IMG/VR virus record: IMGVR_UViG_3300043419_002586 | DNA from: a virus | Strand: one strand, 5' to 3' | Length of the DNA stretch: 64,000 nucleotides | Shown here: positions 21,568 through 31,366 of the stretch, in pieces | Position numbering within the stretch: position 1 is the stretch's first letter | How the letters are laid out: the number at the start of each line of letters is the position of its first letter | Notes under the pieces: generated by a model | What the model was told of the DNA's origin: nothing | The model's input: the letters and a program-made list of their open reading frames with translations, nothing else | Databases searched by the model: none | Program-made: the position numbers and the translations under genes

Positions 21568-22261
21568 ATTTTATAGGCAAATCATCTTCTTCAAAAATAA
21601 GAGGATATTTAGCTTCTGTATGACAACCAATTACCTCACCACTATGATAAAACTTGTAATCAAAATTATCTTCCCACATAAAACCTATCTCTGTAAAATG
21701 ACCCTGGGGACGATCTATTCTTGAATCACTCAAATGCTCCCAATAACTGCCTTTTTCAAATCCACGAAAAACATTATCCTTCAAAGAATAAATCCACTTA
21801 TGATGAAAAAATCCACGATAACCCTTAACACCATACCATTGCTCAAAACGTAAATACTCTGCATACTTTGAAGGAACAGATACGAAACCTCTCTTAGCAA
21901 TCTTCTGCAACATATCGCAAACTAAAGATGGATTACTAATATCCTCCAATGTGTGAGTGCAAATAACATAATCAAACTTGCCATTTTCTGCAACATAATC
22001 TAAAACTTGATGCCAATTATCCCTCTGAGTTATATCAAAATCAAAGAAAATTCTGTCTGGATGAGATTGAACAAATTCATCCTTACTACCTGGATCAACA
22101 AATATATCTACAACATGAGTAGTATGCTTACACCAAGAATTAATTCCACCACCAACATCAATTACAGTAAGATTAGGCTTACTTTCTTTAAGTTCTTCAA
22201 TATATAGGTCAACAAAAGTCCTTGGTTTTGTAAAATTTCTTATCGATTTATGAGTTATCAT
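21566..22261 (-). CDS. Class I SAM-methyltransferase-like protein
   Basis: 'VIDVGGG' and 'FDYVICTHTLED' motifs. Confidence 0.7.
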   Translation of the reverse strand: MITHKSIRNFTKPRTFVDLYIEELKESKPNLTVIDVGGGINSWCKHTTHVVDIFVDPGSKDEFVQSHPDRIFFDFDITQRDNWHQVLDYVAENGKFDYVICTHTLEDISNPSLVCDMLQKIAKRGFVSVPSKYAEYLRFEQWYGVKGYRGFFHHKWIYSLKDNVFRGFEKGSYWEHLSDSRIDRPQGHFTEIGFMWEDNFDYKFYHSGEVIGCHTEAKYPLIFEEDDLPIK

Positions 22262-22268
22262 AAAAATA

Positions 22269-23414
22269 TTATACCTTCAACGCTTCTTCAATACACATAC
22301 CCAACTTTAATAACCTAAAACGCAACTTCTGATAATTTATCTCACAACGGATATCCTGAGACCAAGCTAATATACTTTTTTCCTCACCCTGATAAGTAAA
22401 TAAATGAGTCTTTTTCTTTGCATCAGGATTTGCCCATAAAGTTTTACCTTTGTCAGGAATAACAGTCATAGCAATCTCAGGTGGAACATTTCTTTTAAAT
22501 AATCTGTCATAAAGAGTGTTTTTATCTACAATACATCTTTCATCTTTTAACCAATCAAGATAGTGCTTGTTTTCTCCCCAAGCTTCAACATATAATTGAG
22601 AACGAACATCTCTATTGTCTTTTTGAGTATGAGTTAAGTTATCTAAAATTGGTTTTATGCTACATCTGTTTACATTGTATTTCAAAGATAATTCATTTGA
22701 GTTTAAACCGTTTTTATAGTCATTTCTAATCTTTTCTGCTAAAACAAAATCAACTTTGACAGTTTGTTCCAAGTAATCTTCTTTGTTGATAAATTCATTG
22801 TATATATCAAATTTTCTCTTAAGTCTAGTTTCTTCAGTGCTGTCCTTATAGATCCAATCTAAAAATGATTTAGTGTGATTTGAGCCAGTGTATATCAATT
22901 CATAATATGTGTCATTGTTTTTGATTGAGCCACATTCAGAGCCATAATGTTTTTCAAATTCTGATTTCAATCTTTCAATGAATGGCAACGTACTGACAAG
23001 CTTTACTACTAAATTTTTATTATTGGGATTATGCGCTTGAGCTAATCCAATATGACCATCACCATCAAAATAACCTCTTACAAAATGAGTTACAAATTCT
23101 TCTGGTATTTGTTCAATCCATTTAAGTTCTTGAGATTTATGTCTTGTAAGCCCAAAATTCATTAAGTCTTGAGTAATCTCTTTGGAAACAACCCACAAGT
23201 TGGCGCTTGGCAAATTTTTTCTCAAATAAATATTTCCATCATAATTTAAAAAATTCTTAAAATTTTCTAAAATATATTTATCTTTAGTATGTAGTTGTAT
23301 TGATAGCATATTTCTATGAGTAGCTAAATGACCATCTGCACATATAAATCCCAAGAAATATGCCATTTCTATTGACCAAGTCTGAAAATACTTTTCGTTT
23401 TTAGTTCTTTTCAT
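22269..23414 (-). CDS. Free-standing double-motif LAGLIDADG homing endonuclease
   Basis: 'YFLGFICADGH' and 'HFVRGYFDGDGH'; C-terminal HTH-like segment and two 'GE.K...W..D.RC' repeats. Confidence 0.85.
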   Translation of the reverse strand: MKRTKNEKYFQTWSIEMAYFLGFICADGHLATHRNMLSIQLHTKDKYILENFKNFLNYDGNIYLRKNLPSANLWVVSKEITQDLMNFGLTRHKSQELKWIEQIPEEFVTHFVRGYFDGDGHIGLAQAHNPNNKNLVVKLVSTLPFIERLKSEFEKHYGSECGSIKNNDTYYELIYTGSNHTKSFLDWIYKDSTEETRLKRKFDIYNEFINKEDYLEQTVKVDFVLAEKIRNDYKNGLNSNELSLKYNVNRCSIKPILDNLTHTQKDNRDVRSQLYVEAWGENKHYLDWLKDERCIVDKNTLYDRLFKRNVPPEIAMTVIPDKGKTLWANPDAKKKTHLFTYQGEEKSILAWSQDIRCEINYQKLRFRLLKLGMCIEEALKV

Positions 23415-23463
23415 TTGATTAAATTATACCTTTCAAAATACTTCAGTTTTTTTGTCAAAATAA

Positions 23464-23488
23464 TAGGAGGAGAATAAATCTCCCCCTA
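23464..23488 (-). terminator. Hairpin, likely terminator, after exon 2 of the capsid gene
   Basis: Minus strand UAGGGGGAGA-uuuau-UCUCCUCCUA followed by UUAUUUU. Confidence 0.6.
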
Positions 23489-23511
23489 CTATAGTAAACC
23501 AGACTATCGTC

Positions 23512-24654
23512 TCAACTCACGGAAATGCGACTGACAGCGTAATCGTTGATGCTCCTGTTCGGTTTAGGCTCTTTATCCTAAACTTACCTCCTCATTTCTA
23601 AGGAGTGTCGGACTATATCTTCATCTACTAGAGATGCTTCGCACTCTTGGAAATTTCATCCGTTCTGGATTACTTTTTCTAGTCTCTGAACCTTCTAAAT
23701 ATTCCTATTTAGCTTGGTTGCTGATTGCCATATCTTTCGACTTAGGTTTCCAGCAATTCACGAAGTTTGTTCTATAATGTCGCCATTATAGAGCCCCCAT
23801 TAATTAATACTGATTCTACTTACAGCGTAATCTTGGATAAGGGCGAATCCGAGCTCTTCATAAACAACCCAGCCTAATCTCAATCTCTTTGGATCGTCAG
23901 CTGGAAGAACTGTGATGTCTTGGCGAACTGGCATTGCACCAACAAATTGGGCAGGTGCGAGAACGTAAACACTGTTCTTAGGAACCATTGTGGAAACGTG
24001 GATGTCTGCGGAATAAATATGTCCGTAGAGACCAGTCATAAGAATATCTCTTTGAGTTGCCTCATCGAAGAATTCCTTACCCCAGTTTCTGATATCCTTG
24101 TAGCGTTGTGGGTGAAGAACAACCTTAGCACCGATCAACTCGTGCTCTTCAATGAGGGTCAACGCAAGGTTGACGTTCTCTGGTTGGAGAGTACCGGAAA
24201 CGGAAATTGCTTGGTCAGTTGGAACGCCAGCGTTGATAACCTTGAAGACTTCGGTATCTTCTTGTCTTTGGAGGGAGTCCTTAGCACGAACTTGAGCTCT
24301 ATCGACAATGTAGAATCTTCTTTGGCGAATTTCGTTCAAGCGGATTTGTGGGTGTGCAGCTAATTCAACTGTAGGAACGAGAAGCTCTTCAGCCTCAACT
24401 TCTGCAGTAGGAACAGCACCACGCTTAGGAATGACGTATGACTTGACAGCAACGTCTCTCTCGTAGCGAGCAAGAGCGCCTTGTGGGAGCTCATCAACCA
24501 TCAAAAGCTTTCGACCGATGGCTTGGTACATGAGGGAGGTCTTGATTGGCTCAACCATTGCTTGTGCAAGAGCTGTGCGTCCCTCTGGAGTCTCGAGAGC
24601 CATTGCAATAATGGATTCTCTTTGCTCATTTGTGTTTCTCTTAATCATTGACAT
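23512..24654 (-). CDS. Major capsid protein (HK97-fold-like), join(24654..23840, 23551..23512)
   Basis: Follows scaffold and decoration genes, strong SD (AAGGAG), C-ending codon bias; spliced C-terminus FAL-INDYAVSRISVS*. Confidence 0.8.
23552..23839 (-). ncRNA. Group I self-splicing intron (288 nt, no endonuclease ORF) in the major capsid gene
   Basis: P AAUUGCUGGAAA (23758-23747), Q AAUCAGCAA (23726-23718), R GUUCAGAGACUA (23691-23680), S AAGAUAUAGUCC (23621-23610); IGS GGGGC pairs exon GCCCU with a U.G wobble; terminal G at 23552; splicing preserves the frame. Confidence 0.9.
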
Positions 24655-24687
24655 TTGAATAATTCTCCTTAAAAAATTCTTTACCGA

Positions 24688-25341
24688 TTAGACGCCACTA
24701 AGTTGGGTGAAGTAAAGAAGGCCAGCTGCAGAGTCATAAGAATCAACTCTACCAACGATAACGCCGTCTGTTCCAACAGTGCCTAACTTGACAAGCTTAC
24801 CAGCATTTGCAACACCAGCTGCAACGGTAAGAAGATCACCTACAGCAGGTGTCCAGCCAGCAGCAACACCATCAGTGGTGATGTTTGTGGATGCAACTGA
24901 TGCAAATCTGTCGGTAATAAATTGTGCGCCTGGGGTATTGAAAACGCCAACACCTCTTCTTGGACCTTCGTATCCTGAAGAACCAGCAGTTGGGTTTGTA
25001 ACACCATTGACGTTCTCAGCCAAGAAGTCGCCAATAGCTCTCTTTGAAACAACATAAAAACCGTTGTTGTTTGCTTGAAGAACACCAGAAGCGTCGGTGT
25101 ATGAAGATCCAACTGGATCAGCAAGAATCATAGTGTTGCCGGTTCTAGCTGTATCATCAGCTGAGAAGCCAACAAACTTACCTAATTGTTGTTGAAGTGT
25201 TGTAAAACCAGTTGCTGATCTGTATGCAGCAGCTACAGTTCCGTCAGATTGAAGGAAAAGAGCATCACCTGCAAGCCATGAGCCAGAAGCAGCTGTGTTG
25301 TAGTTTGCAACTACGAGTGTGTTTAATGCACGAATAGCCAT
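24688..25341 (-). CDS. Putative head decoration/cement protein
   Basis: 217 aa, Gly/Ala/Thr-rich, directly upstream of the capsid gene, SD AGGAG. Confidence 0.55.
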   Translation of the reverse strand: MAIRALNTLVVANYNTAASGSWLAGDALFLQSDGTVAAAYRSATGFTTLQQQLGKFVGFSADDTARTGNTMILADPVGSSYTDASGVLQANNNGFYVVSKRAIGDFLAENVNGVTNPTAGSSGYEGPRRGVGVFNTPGAQFITDRFASVASTNITTDGVAAGWTPAVGDLLTVAAGVANAGKLVKLGTVGTDGVIVGRVDSYDSAAGLLYFTQLSGV

Positions 25342-25374
25342 TGTTTATGTCTCCTAATTATTTGTGTGAGGAAA

Positions 25375-27045
25375 TTAGTCCTCGATTTTTGGCATTGTCC
25401 AAGTACCCTTGAGAGCGCCTTGGATGTCAAGAGCTGCACTATTGTTGGATAAACCACCACTTAATGCAGGAGATGTAGATACGCCTAATGTTGAAGCGGT
25501 TCTAGTACTCATTCTTTCAGCTGCAGCAGCTGCAACTCTTTCGGTTGAAGACTGTGCGGACTTAAGTAAGAGTTTGGTTTGTCTGATCATAGAATCAGAC
25601 TTAAGACCATCGTTGATCATTTGTTCTGCATATGAATCAACTTCTTCGGAAGTAATAATTCCAGCTAAAGCTAACTTTGTAGCACAGCTATAAGAAGTTT
25701 TGACTCTTGCAAGATCAACTGCAGATGACTTGAGTTGATTTACAGTGTTGTATGCATCATTCAACTCAACTTGAGTGTCATTGATTTTCTTTTGTGTATT
25801 AACATGTTGTCTTGTGTCAACATTTTGTGCTTCAACTTCCTTGTCTTTAGACTCAGCATTTGTTGGGCAATCCTTGTTTGCACACTTGGTGTTTGGATCT
25901 TCCATAGCTGCTTCTGACAATCTCATAGAAGCGCCACAAGTTGTACACTCTACATCATGCTCATCTTTTGAAGCACCAACTGTTCTGGTGGTCTTATGTG
26001 GCATTGAAGGCATTTGAGTTGGAATTTCTGGTTGATCAGCATCTTCAAGTCCTTCGGAAGGATTCTCTAGCTTGTTCCAATCAACTGTATACTCTAATGA
26101 GCCATCTCCAGAACCTTCAAACTTACTAGGCTTTGTGACTGAAGGGAATTCTAATGAATCTGGATTCATTGTAGGAACTCTTTGTTCAGCCCAAGTTGGA
26201 TTTTGTTCCTTGAGTGAGTTACCCTCACTGTTTTCCATTGTCATGCTTGGGTAATCAACTTCACCCATCATGTCAACCAAATCTTCGTTATACTTAAATG
26301 AGGCTGACGCTGGATAAGTTTCTTCTTCTGAAGCAATCTTCTTGAGAATTTCTTCTCTTTCAGCTCTTCTTAAGAGAGCTTCTCTCTGTGCCTTGCGCTC
26401 AGCCAATGCTTGTTTAGTCATTGATCTAACCTCGTTGCTTTTTTTCATAAATTGTGTTTCATTGTCTTCGTCATCATCTGACTCATCTTCTGAATCCATA
26501 TCATCTTCGTCATCGTTAAAATGGGTGATATCTTCATCATCATCTTCGTCAGAATCATCATCTCCGCCAAGAAGATTATCTAGCGCCTCTTGCACAGCTT
26601 TTTGTGCTTGGTCTACCATATCAGCGGGAACTTCAATCTCAAAAGTGGCGACATCATCACTATCTTCTACTTCGTCTTCGTCTTCCATATCTTTATCAGA
26701 CATGTCATCGTCATCTACATCTTCTGAATCTTCATCACTCTCAAAGTGATGAAATTCCATATCATCGTCATCATCATCAGAATTATCGTTTGCGAAGTCA
26801 ACAGTCTCTTTACCATGATCAAGGTTCAAGTTAGAAACATCAAGACCAGCTTCTCTTGCAATGTTTGGAAGATACTTTGCTCTAATTGCTTTTGCGACAA
26901 CAACAGCTTCATTTGTTTCCAAAGATGCTGTCTTTTCCATGTCGGAAACGCAGTTCATAAGATCTTCCTTATCAGTTGCATTAATTTCAGCTAATCTCAT
27001 TGCTGCATATCTTTCTTGATTGGCTTTATTCGAATTTTTATTCAT
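25375..27045 (-). CDS. Putative scaffold/core protein with long acidic tracts
   Basis: Asp/Glu-rich tracts, helical segments, a CxxC..CxxxxC motif, many [KR]xA motifs; lies between protease and capsid genes. Confidence 0.55.
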   Translation of the reverse strand: MNKNSNKANQERYAAMRLAEINATDKEDLMNCVSDMEKTASLETNEAVVVAKAIRAKYLPNIAREAGLDVSNLNLDHGKETVDFANDNSDDDDDDMEFHHFESDEDSEDVDDDDMSDKDMEDEDEVEDSDDVATFEIEVPADMVDQAQKAVQEALDNLLGGDDDSDEDDDEDITHFNDDEDDMDSEDESDDDEDNETQFMKKSNEVRSMTKQALAERKAQREALLRRAEREEILKKIASEEETYPASASFKYNEDLVDMMGEVDYPSMTMENSEGNSLKEQNPTWAEQRVPTMNPDSLEFPSVTKPSKFEGSGDGSLEYTVDWNKLENPSEGLEDADQPEIPTQMPSMPHKTTRTVGASKDEHDVECTTCGASMRLSEAAMEDPNTKCANKDCPTNAESKDKEVEAQNVDTRQHVNTQKKINDTQVELNDAYNTVNQLKSSAVDLARVKTSYSCATKLALAGIITSEEVDSYAEQMINDGLKSDSMIRQTKLLLKSAQSSTERVAAAAAERMSTRTASTLGVSTSPALSGGLSNNSAALDIQGALKGTWTMPKIED

Positions 27046-27141
27046 TTTATGCTGCTTCCATTAATGTTTGTTTCGATTTACATTTAATTATTCAATTCAA
27101 TGTAAATTTACTATTTTGTTATAGTAATAACTTTTTTTATC

Positions 27142-27168
27142 TTCTAGATAAGTTGTTTTTACACCTTT
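27142..27168 (-). promoter_or_regulatory. SigH-type promoter AAAGG-N17-TAGAA upstream of the scaffold-decoration-capsid operon
   Basis: Same motif and spacing recur at 31407-31431, 39078-39102, 41497-41521 and 57722-57746. Confidence 0.6.
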
Positions 27169-27177
27169 TTTTAAAGA

Positions 27178-27208
27178 AAATAGTGGGAGAAATAATCCCC
27201 CACTATTT
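27178..27208 (-). terminator. Terminator after the protease/core gene
   Basis: Imperfect AAATAGTGGGAGA / TCCCCCACTATTT inverted repeat followed by a U-rich tract on the minus strand. Confidence 0.65.
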
Positions 27209-27214
27209 ATCAAA

Positions 27215-30200
27215 CTAATCTATCCAAGTAATGGATACATCGAGCTTTGATGGATCTTTCTTTGAAGCTTGTACAGTTGTTCTTGAATAATTTCCACACT
27301 TGTAGCAGAAAGTATTATTCTTGACTTTATGTGCTTCTCTGTCACCACAAGATGGACAAATCATACCTACAGGAAGCATTGCTTCTGATGTTCTGTCAAA
27401 TGATGGTAATGCGGTCTTCAAATAAACATCAGAATCAACTGTTGCTGATAACCTAACCATAGTTTTAATTTCAGATGCTACTGGACCCATACCAGGAGCA
27501 GCAGGTGATTGAGCAGGAAGCTCTGCAGGTGCAGTAGCTGCGCCTAAACCAGTTTCAGGTCCAAGACCCATTGGCTCTTCTTCTGGTGAACTCTTGCCCT
27601 TATCTCCCATTGAAACTAATTCAATTTGTTGAAGAATCTTATAGGTTGTTCCACAGCTTTGACAATCAGCATTAGATTCTGAAATATTTACATCATCTGA
27701 TCCACATACAGGACATACTGAGCCCCAAGGCTTTTTCTCACCTGGTTCAGCAATAGCATCCATATCAGCTGATTCGTTCATATCAGCTCCACCAGTTAAT
27801 GAAGAAATTCCTAAATCACCACCAGCAGGAGCGCCAGCGCCTAAACCTGGATCAACAGGACCCGCTGCTGGACCAGCAGGAGCAGGTGCACCTGCAGCAG
27901 GAGCACCCATTCCTGGCATAGCTTGTGCGTATTTTGACAAAATATTGTCTCTTCTAGCCTTTCTAGCTAATCTTGCACCTTCGGTCATAATAACAGGCAT
28001 TTCTGCACTTTCTTCAGAGTGCATTTCAGAAGATTCATCGTCAGTTCTGAATGTTTTTGAAGAGGCAGTTGAAACTGTGGCAGTTACATCACCATTTTCA
28101 GAAACAATCAAGTCTGTGAATGAGAATGTATTTGGATCTACTTGGAATCCGTGACCTTGAAGAACTTCAATTGCTTTCTGCTTGAATGACTCATCAAAAT
28201 TGCTATCACTTGGTTTTACTCCGTCTAAGTCTTCAGCTCTACACATAAATCTAATACAATCAGACTTGCTTTGTGTAACGGTCATACCAGCTGTTCTTTC
28301 AGAAGCAACAACTGCTTTAGCAACTAATTTTTCAGCAACTTCAAATTCTTCACAAAGTCTCTTTGCTGCTTTAGCAATTCTTCTTGTGCTGATACCAAAG
28401 TTTGTTGAGTAGTCTGCAAACCAACCAATTACATTTTCAGAAATATTTTTAGTAGATGCAGTCTTTACACCATAGAATTCTCTTCTTGCTCTGGATCTCA
28501 ATCTTCCATCAGTTGCTGTTGCTGTCTTAGCTCTATCAATTGCAGCCATCAATTGCTTTTCAGGCATTGCATCAACAGAATCTACAACTTCATCAGGAGT
28601 TGTGCCGGTTTCTTTAGCAGACATAGCCATAGCAGAAATAGCAGACTTAAGATCATCTTTAGAAATAAGATCAGCGTCAGCATCTACAGCAGACATAAGT
28701 GCAGACTTAAGTTCTTCATTCTTTGAAGGTGCAGCGTCAACATCCAATCCCTCAACAGGAACATTTGCTTGACCCATAAGAAGTTCGGCAATTCTTGAAA
28801 CGCCTTCCTTGGTCATTTCGCCTTCTTCAACTGCAACTGAAAGAGCGTCAGCAAGATCCTTTGCAGTGATTTCAGAATTTACAGCAGCTCCAAGCTCCTT
28901 AAGAACAGCAGAGACTGAATTTTCTGGCTTAGCGTCTCCACCAAAGAAATCTGCCTTTTCTGCCTTATCAGCTTCCATACCAGCACCAGCAGCTGCAGTA
29001 CCAATCATTTCAGGAAGCATTGGTTCTGATGCTAATGTTTGAGCAACACGAACGATAGTTTTTGGTGTTTCAAGTGAAGAAATTACAGCCTTGCCTAATG
29101 CATTGATAGTAGCTGCCATAATTTCGTGTGCAGATGCAGAACCCTCTGCACGATGGTTAGATAATTGCATCTCTAAAACTTCAGTAGGAACACCGTGTGT
29201 GACTTCATCAACAAGTTCAGTTAAGGATTTACGAACTTCTACATCCTTGATTCTTCTGCCGTAAAGTCCAGCATCTCCAAGAAGAATTTCTCTTACCGCA
29301 TCCTGGCTTTCACCTGTTTGCTTTGGTGCTAATTGCTTTTCACGAACTTCATTTACAACGCCAGTGTTTTTTGACTTGACACCTTCGTATAAATTATCAT
29401 ATGATTCACCACTTCTGACTTCATCAAGTTGTCTCTCTCTGTCATCAAGTCTTTCTTTGACATCAAGTAAAGCAGTCTTGACAAATTGTGAATAATCCTT
29501 GAGCAATTCAGCAGCAACTCTTGTACCTTGTCCGTTTTCCATCAAGCCAAGTTGATTTTCATTAAGGATAGGTTCCCAAGCAGTTCTTTTTCCATTTGTG
29601 TAACCTGTGATTGAACCATCAGTAGAAAGAACAACTCTATTACCTGCATTGTCCTCGACTTTAAAATCGATTGTAACTGCAGCAGCAAGTTTTTTTCTTT
29701 GCTCTGATGCAATCTTTGCAAAGTGATCCATTTGATTTCTGCTCCCCGCCACGAAAGGCGTATTTGTTTTTATATTTTTGCTTCTTTCATTAGCAATTCT
29801 AATGACATTATCAATACTTTTTTGAATTTGAGCACTATTATTTAAATTTTCTTTTAAATTTAAGATACTTTGTGTTAAATTCAAAATTTTATTGGAAGAT
29901 GAACCGTTTTGAGTGCTAGCAAAAACTTCTCTTTTACCATCTCTTGAAGCCCATACCAAATTGTGATTGCTAGAGGCTAATGCAACACCGCCTCCAACTT
30001 GCGTACCTTGATCTCCGGAATAAGTAAGATCCATAATTTTTCCGACAGATTCAGTTGGTGCGTAATTTGCCAGACCAATATTGGCGTTCATTGGAGAAGC
30101 TTGTGGTGCTTGTCCCTGTTGCATATTTTGTGGCTGATTAATTTGTTGTGGTCTTTGTCCTGACCCAACATCTATACCATCATCAATCATATCTTGCATT

Positions 30201-31366
30201 GTAGATTGAAGTTCTGCCATTGATTTAGTAACTTTTCCTACGTGTCCCAAATCAACATTATCTTTTCTTGCAAACATATTCATCACTGCAACTTCTAAGA
30301 AATTCAATGATAAATTGATCAAGTCAAGAATATTAAGACCAGATCTAGGATCAATTCCTAATGCTGTTAATACTGCTTGAACTGTAGAATTTTGATTTGC
30401 TCCTGCTCCAGCCAATAAAGGACCACCAACAAGAGTACCTGCTTGTTGCGCCAATCTTACTGCAGTTTTTGCTGTGGAATTCGCTACTCTTAAGCAGTTT
30501 TCGTATTCTGTTCTAGATGAAGATTCTTGTGGAGATCCTTGTAATGCTAAAACAATATTTGCAGAAATTTCATTAGCTTTTTTCTCTAAATTCATTGCAG
30601 CATCAAGAACATCATCTACATCATAAATTTCTTGAATTTCGCAAGATTCAAAAGCTCCATCACCTACACAGCTAAGTTCAATAAATTTGACACCATAGTT
30701 TTTTTCATAAGCTTTCTTGCCAGTTTCAGGATAAATTTTACCTTTATATCTCTTAAGGTGATCACAATAATCTCTTTCAGTATATGCTTTATTGCCACAC
30801 ACTGAACAAACACCCCATTCAACACTCGCACCCATCGAAACATCGTGAATTACGCCTGTTCGAATATTTCTTGCAATGTCTGGGTAAGCTTCTTCATCTA
30901 CAAAGAAAGTACAATAAACACAATCTTCTTCTTCATCCCATTCAGCGTAAACAACCATTCCTTTGGCTTGTTCAATATCATCATTTTTGTGATTTGTATA
31001 AATTGGAACGCCTTCAAAGGTTTTATAAGATGGGATTTTTTTGCCTTTGATTTCAACTTCTTTAAGTAATTCTTCCTTAGAAAAAAGATCACCATTAGCG
31101 TTGACGACATCTGCATCAATAGCTCTAGCTCTTACCCATAAAAGTTTTGCACCCTTACGAGCTTGCATTTCTTTCACGATGTCGAAATCTTTGTATTTTT
31201 CTAGGACTTCTTTCGGATCAGCATAGAGAGATTGAAGACCAATCTTAGCTGCTTCTCTCATATTTGATGAAGCGGTCTTAATAATATAATCTCTAGCTAT
31301 ATTTCGGTCATTTTCGTTGAGGAAACTATTAATTGTAATAGCACCTCCTTTTGCAACCTTGTACAT
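27215..31366 (-). CDS. Prohead protease fused to a large core/scaffold region and C-terminal zinc ribbons
   Basis: N-terminal 'YTNHKNDD..AKG', 'DVSMG', 'ELSCV' fit HK97/herpes-type maturation protease motifs; lies downstream of the portal; CxxC pairs at the C-terminus. Confidence 0.7.
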   Translation of the reverse strand: MYKVAKGGAITINSFLNENDRNIARDYIIKTASSNMREAAKIGLQSLYADPKEVLEKYKDFDIVKEMQARKGAKLLWVRARAIDADVVNANGDLFSKEELLKEVEIKGKKIPSYKTFEGVPIYTNHKNDDIEQAKGMVVYAEWDEEEDCVYCTFFVDEEAYPDIARNIRTGVIHDVSMGASVEWGVCSVCGNKAYTERDYCDHLKRYKGKIYPETGKKAYEKNYGVKFIELSCVGDGAFESCEIQEIYDVDDVLDAAMNLEKKANEISANIVLALQGSPQESSSRTEYENCLRVANSTAKTAVRLAQQAGTLVGGPLLAGAGANQNSTVQAVLTALGIDPRSGLNILDLINLSLNFLEVAVMNMFARKDNVDLGHVGKVTKSMAELQSTMQDMIDDGIDVGSGQRPQQINQPQNMQQGQAPQASPMNANIGLANYAPTESVGKIMDLTYSGDQGTQVGGGVALASSNHNLVWASRDGKREVFASTQNGSSSNKILNLTQSILNLKENLNNSAQIQKSIDNVIRIANERSKNIKTNTPFVAGSRNQMDHFAKIASEQRKKLAAAVTIDFKVEDNAGNRVVLSTDGSITGYTNGKRTAWEPILNENQLGLMENGQGTRVAAELLKDYSQFVKTALLDVKERLDDRERQLDEVRSGESYDNLYEGVKSKNTGVVNEVREKQLAPKQTGESQDAVREILLGDAGLYGRRIKDVEVRKSLTELVDEVTHGVPTEVLEMQLSNHRAEGSASAHEIMAATINALGKAVISSLETPKTIVRVAQTLASEPMLPEMIGTAAAGAGMEADKAEKADFFGGDAKPENSVSAVLKELGAAVNSEITAKDLADALSVAVEEGEMTKEGVSRIAELLMGQANVPVEGLDVDAAPSKNEELKSALMSAVDADADLISKDDLKSAISAMAMSAKETGTTPDEVVDSVDAMPEKQLMAAIDRAKTATATDGRLRSRARREFYGVKTASTKNISENVIGWFADYSTNFGISTRRIAKAAKRLCEEFEVAEKLVAKAVVASERTAGMTVTQSKSDCIRFMCRAEDLDGVKPSDSNFDESFKQKAIEVLQGHGFQVDPNTFSFTDLIVSENGDVTATVSTASSKTFRTDDESSEMHSEESAEMPVIMTEGARLARKARRDNILSKYAQAMPGMGAPAAGAPAPAGPAAGPVDPGLGAGAPAGGDLGISSLTGGADMNESADMDAIAEPGEKKPWGSVCPVCGSDDVNISESNADCQSCGTTYKILQQIELVSMGDKGKSSPEEEPMGLGPETGLGAATAPAELPAQSPAAPGMGPVASEIKTMVRLSATVDSDVYLKTALPSFDRTSEAMLPVGMICPSCGDREAHKVKNNTFCYKCGNYSRTTVQASKKDPSKLDVSITWID

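Noticed and set aside
23800-24654. Capsid gene as a simple uninterrupted 284-aa ORF, or as an encapsulin
   Set aside because: The last 12 codons of that ORF lie inside a group I intron with a true exon 2 downstream; the terminase-portal-protease context indicates a phage capsid.
26450-26790. TCA/TCG-rich repeats as a repeat array or CRISPR
   Set aside because: These are codons for Asp/Glu tracts of the scaffold protein; no repeat-spacer structure or cas genes were seen in the window.
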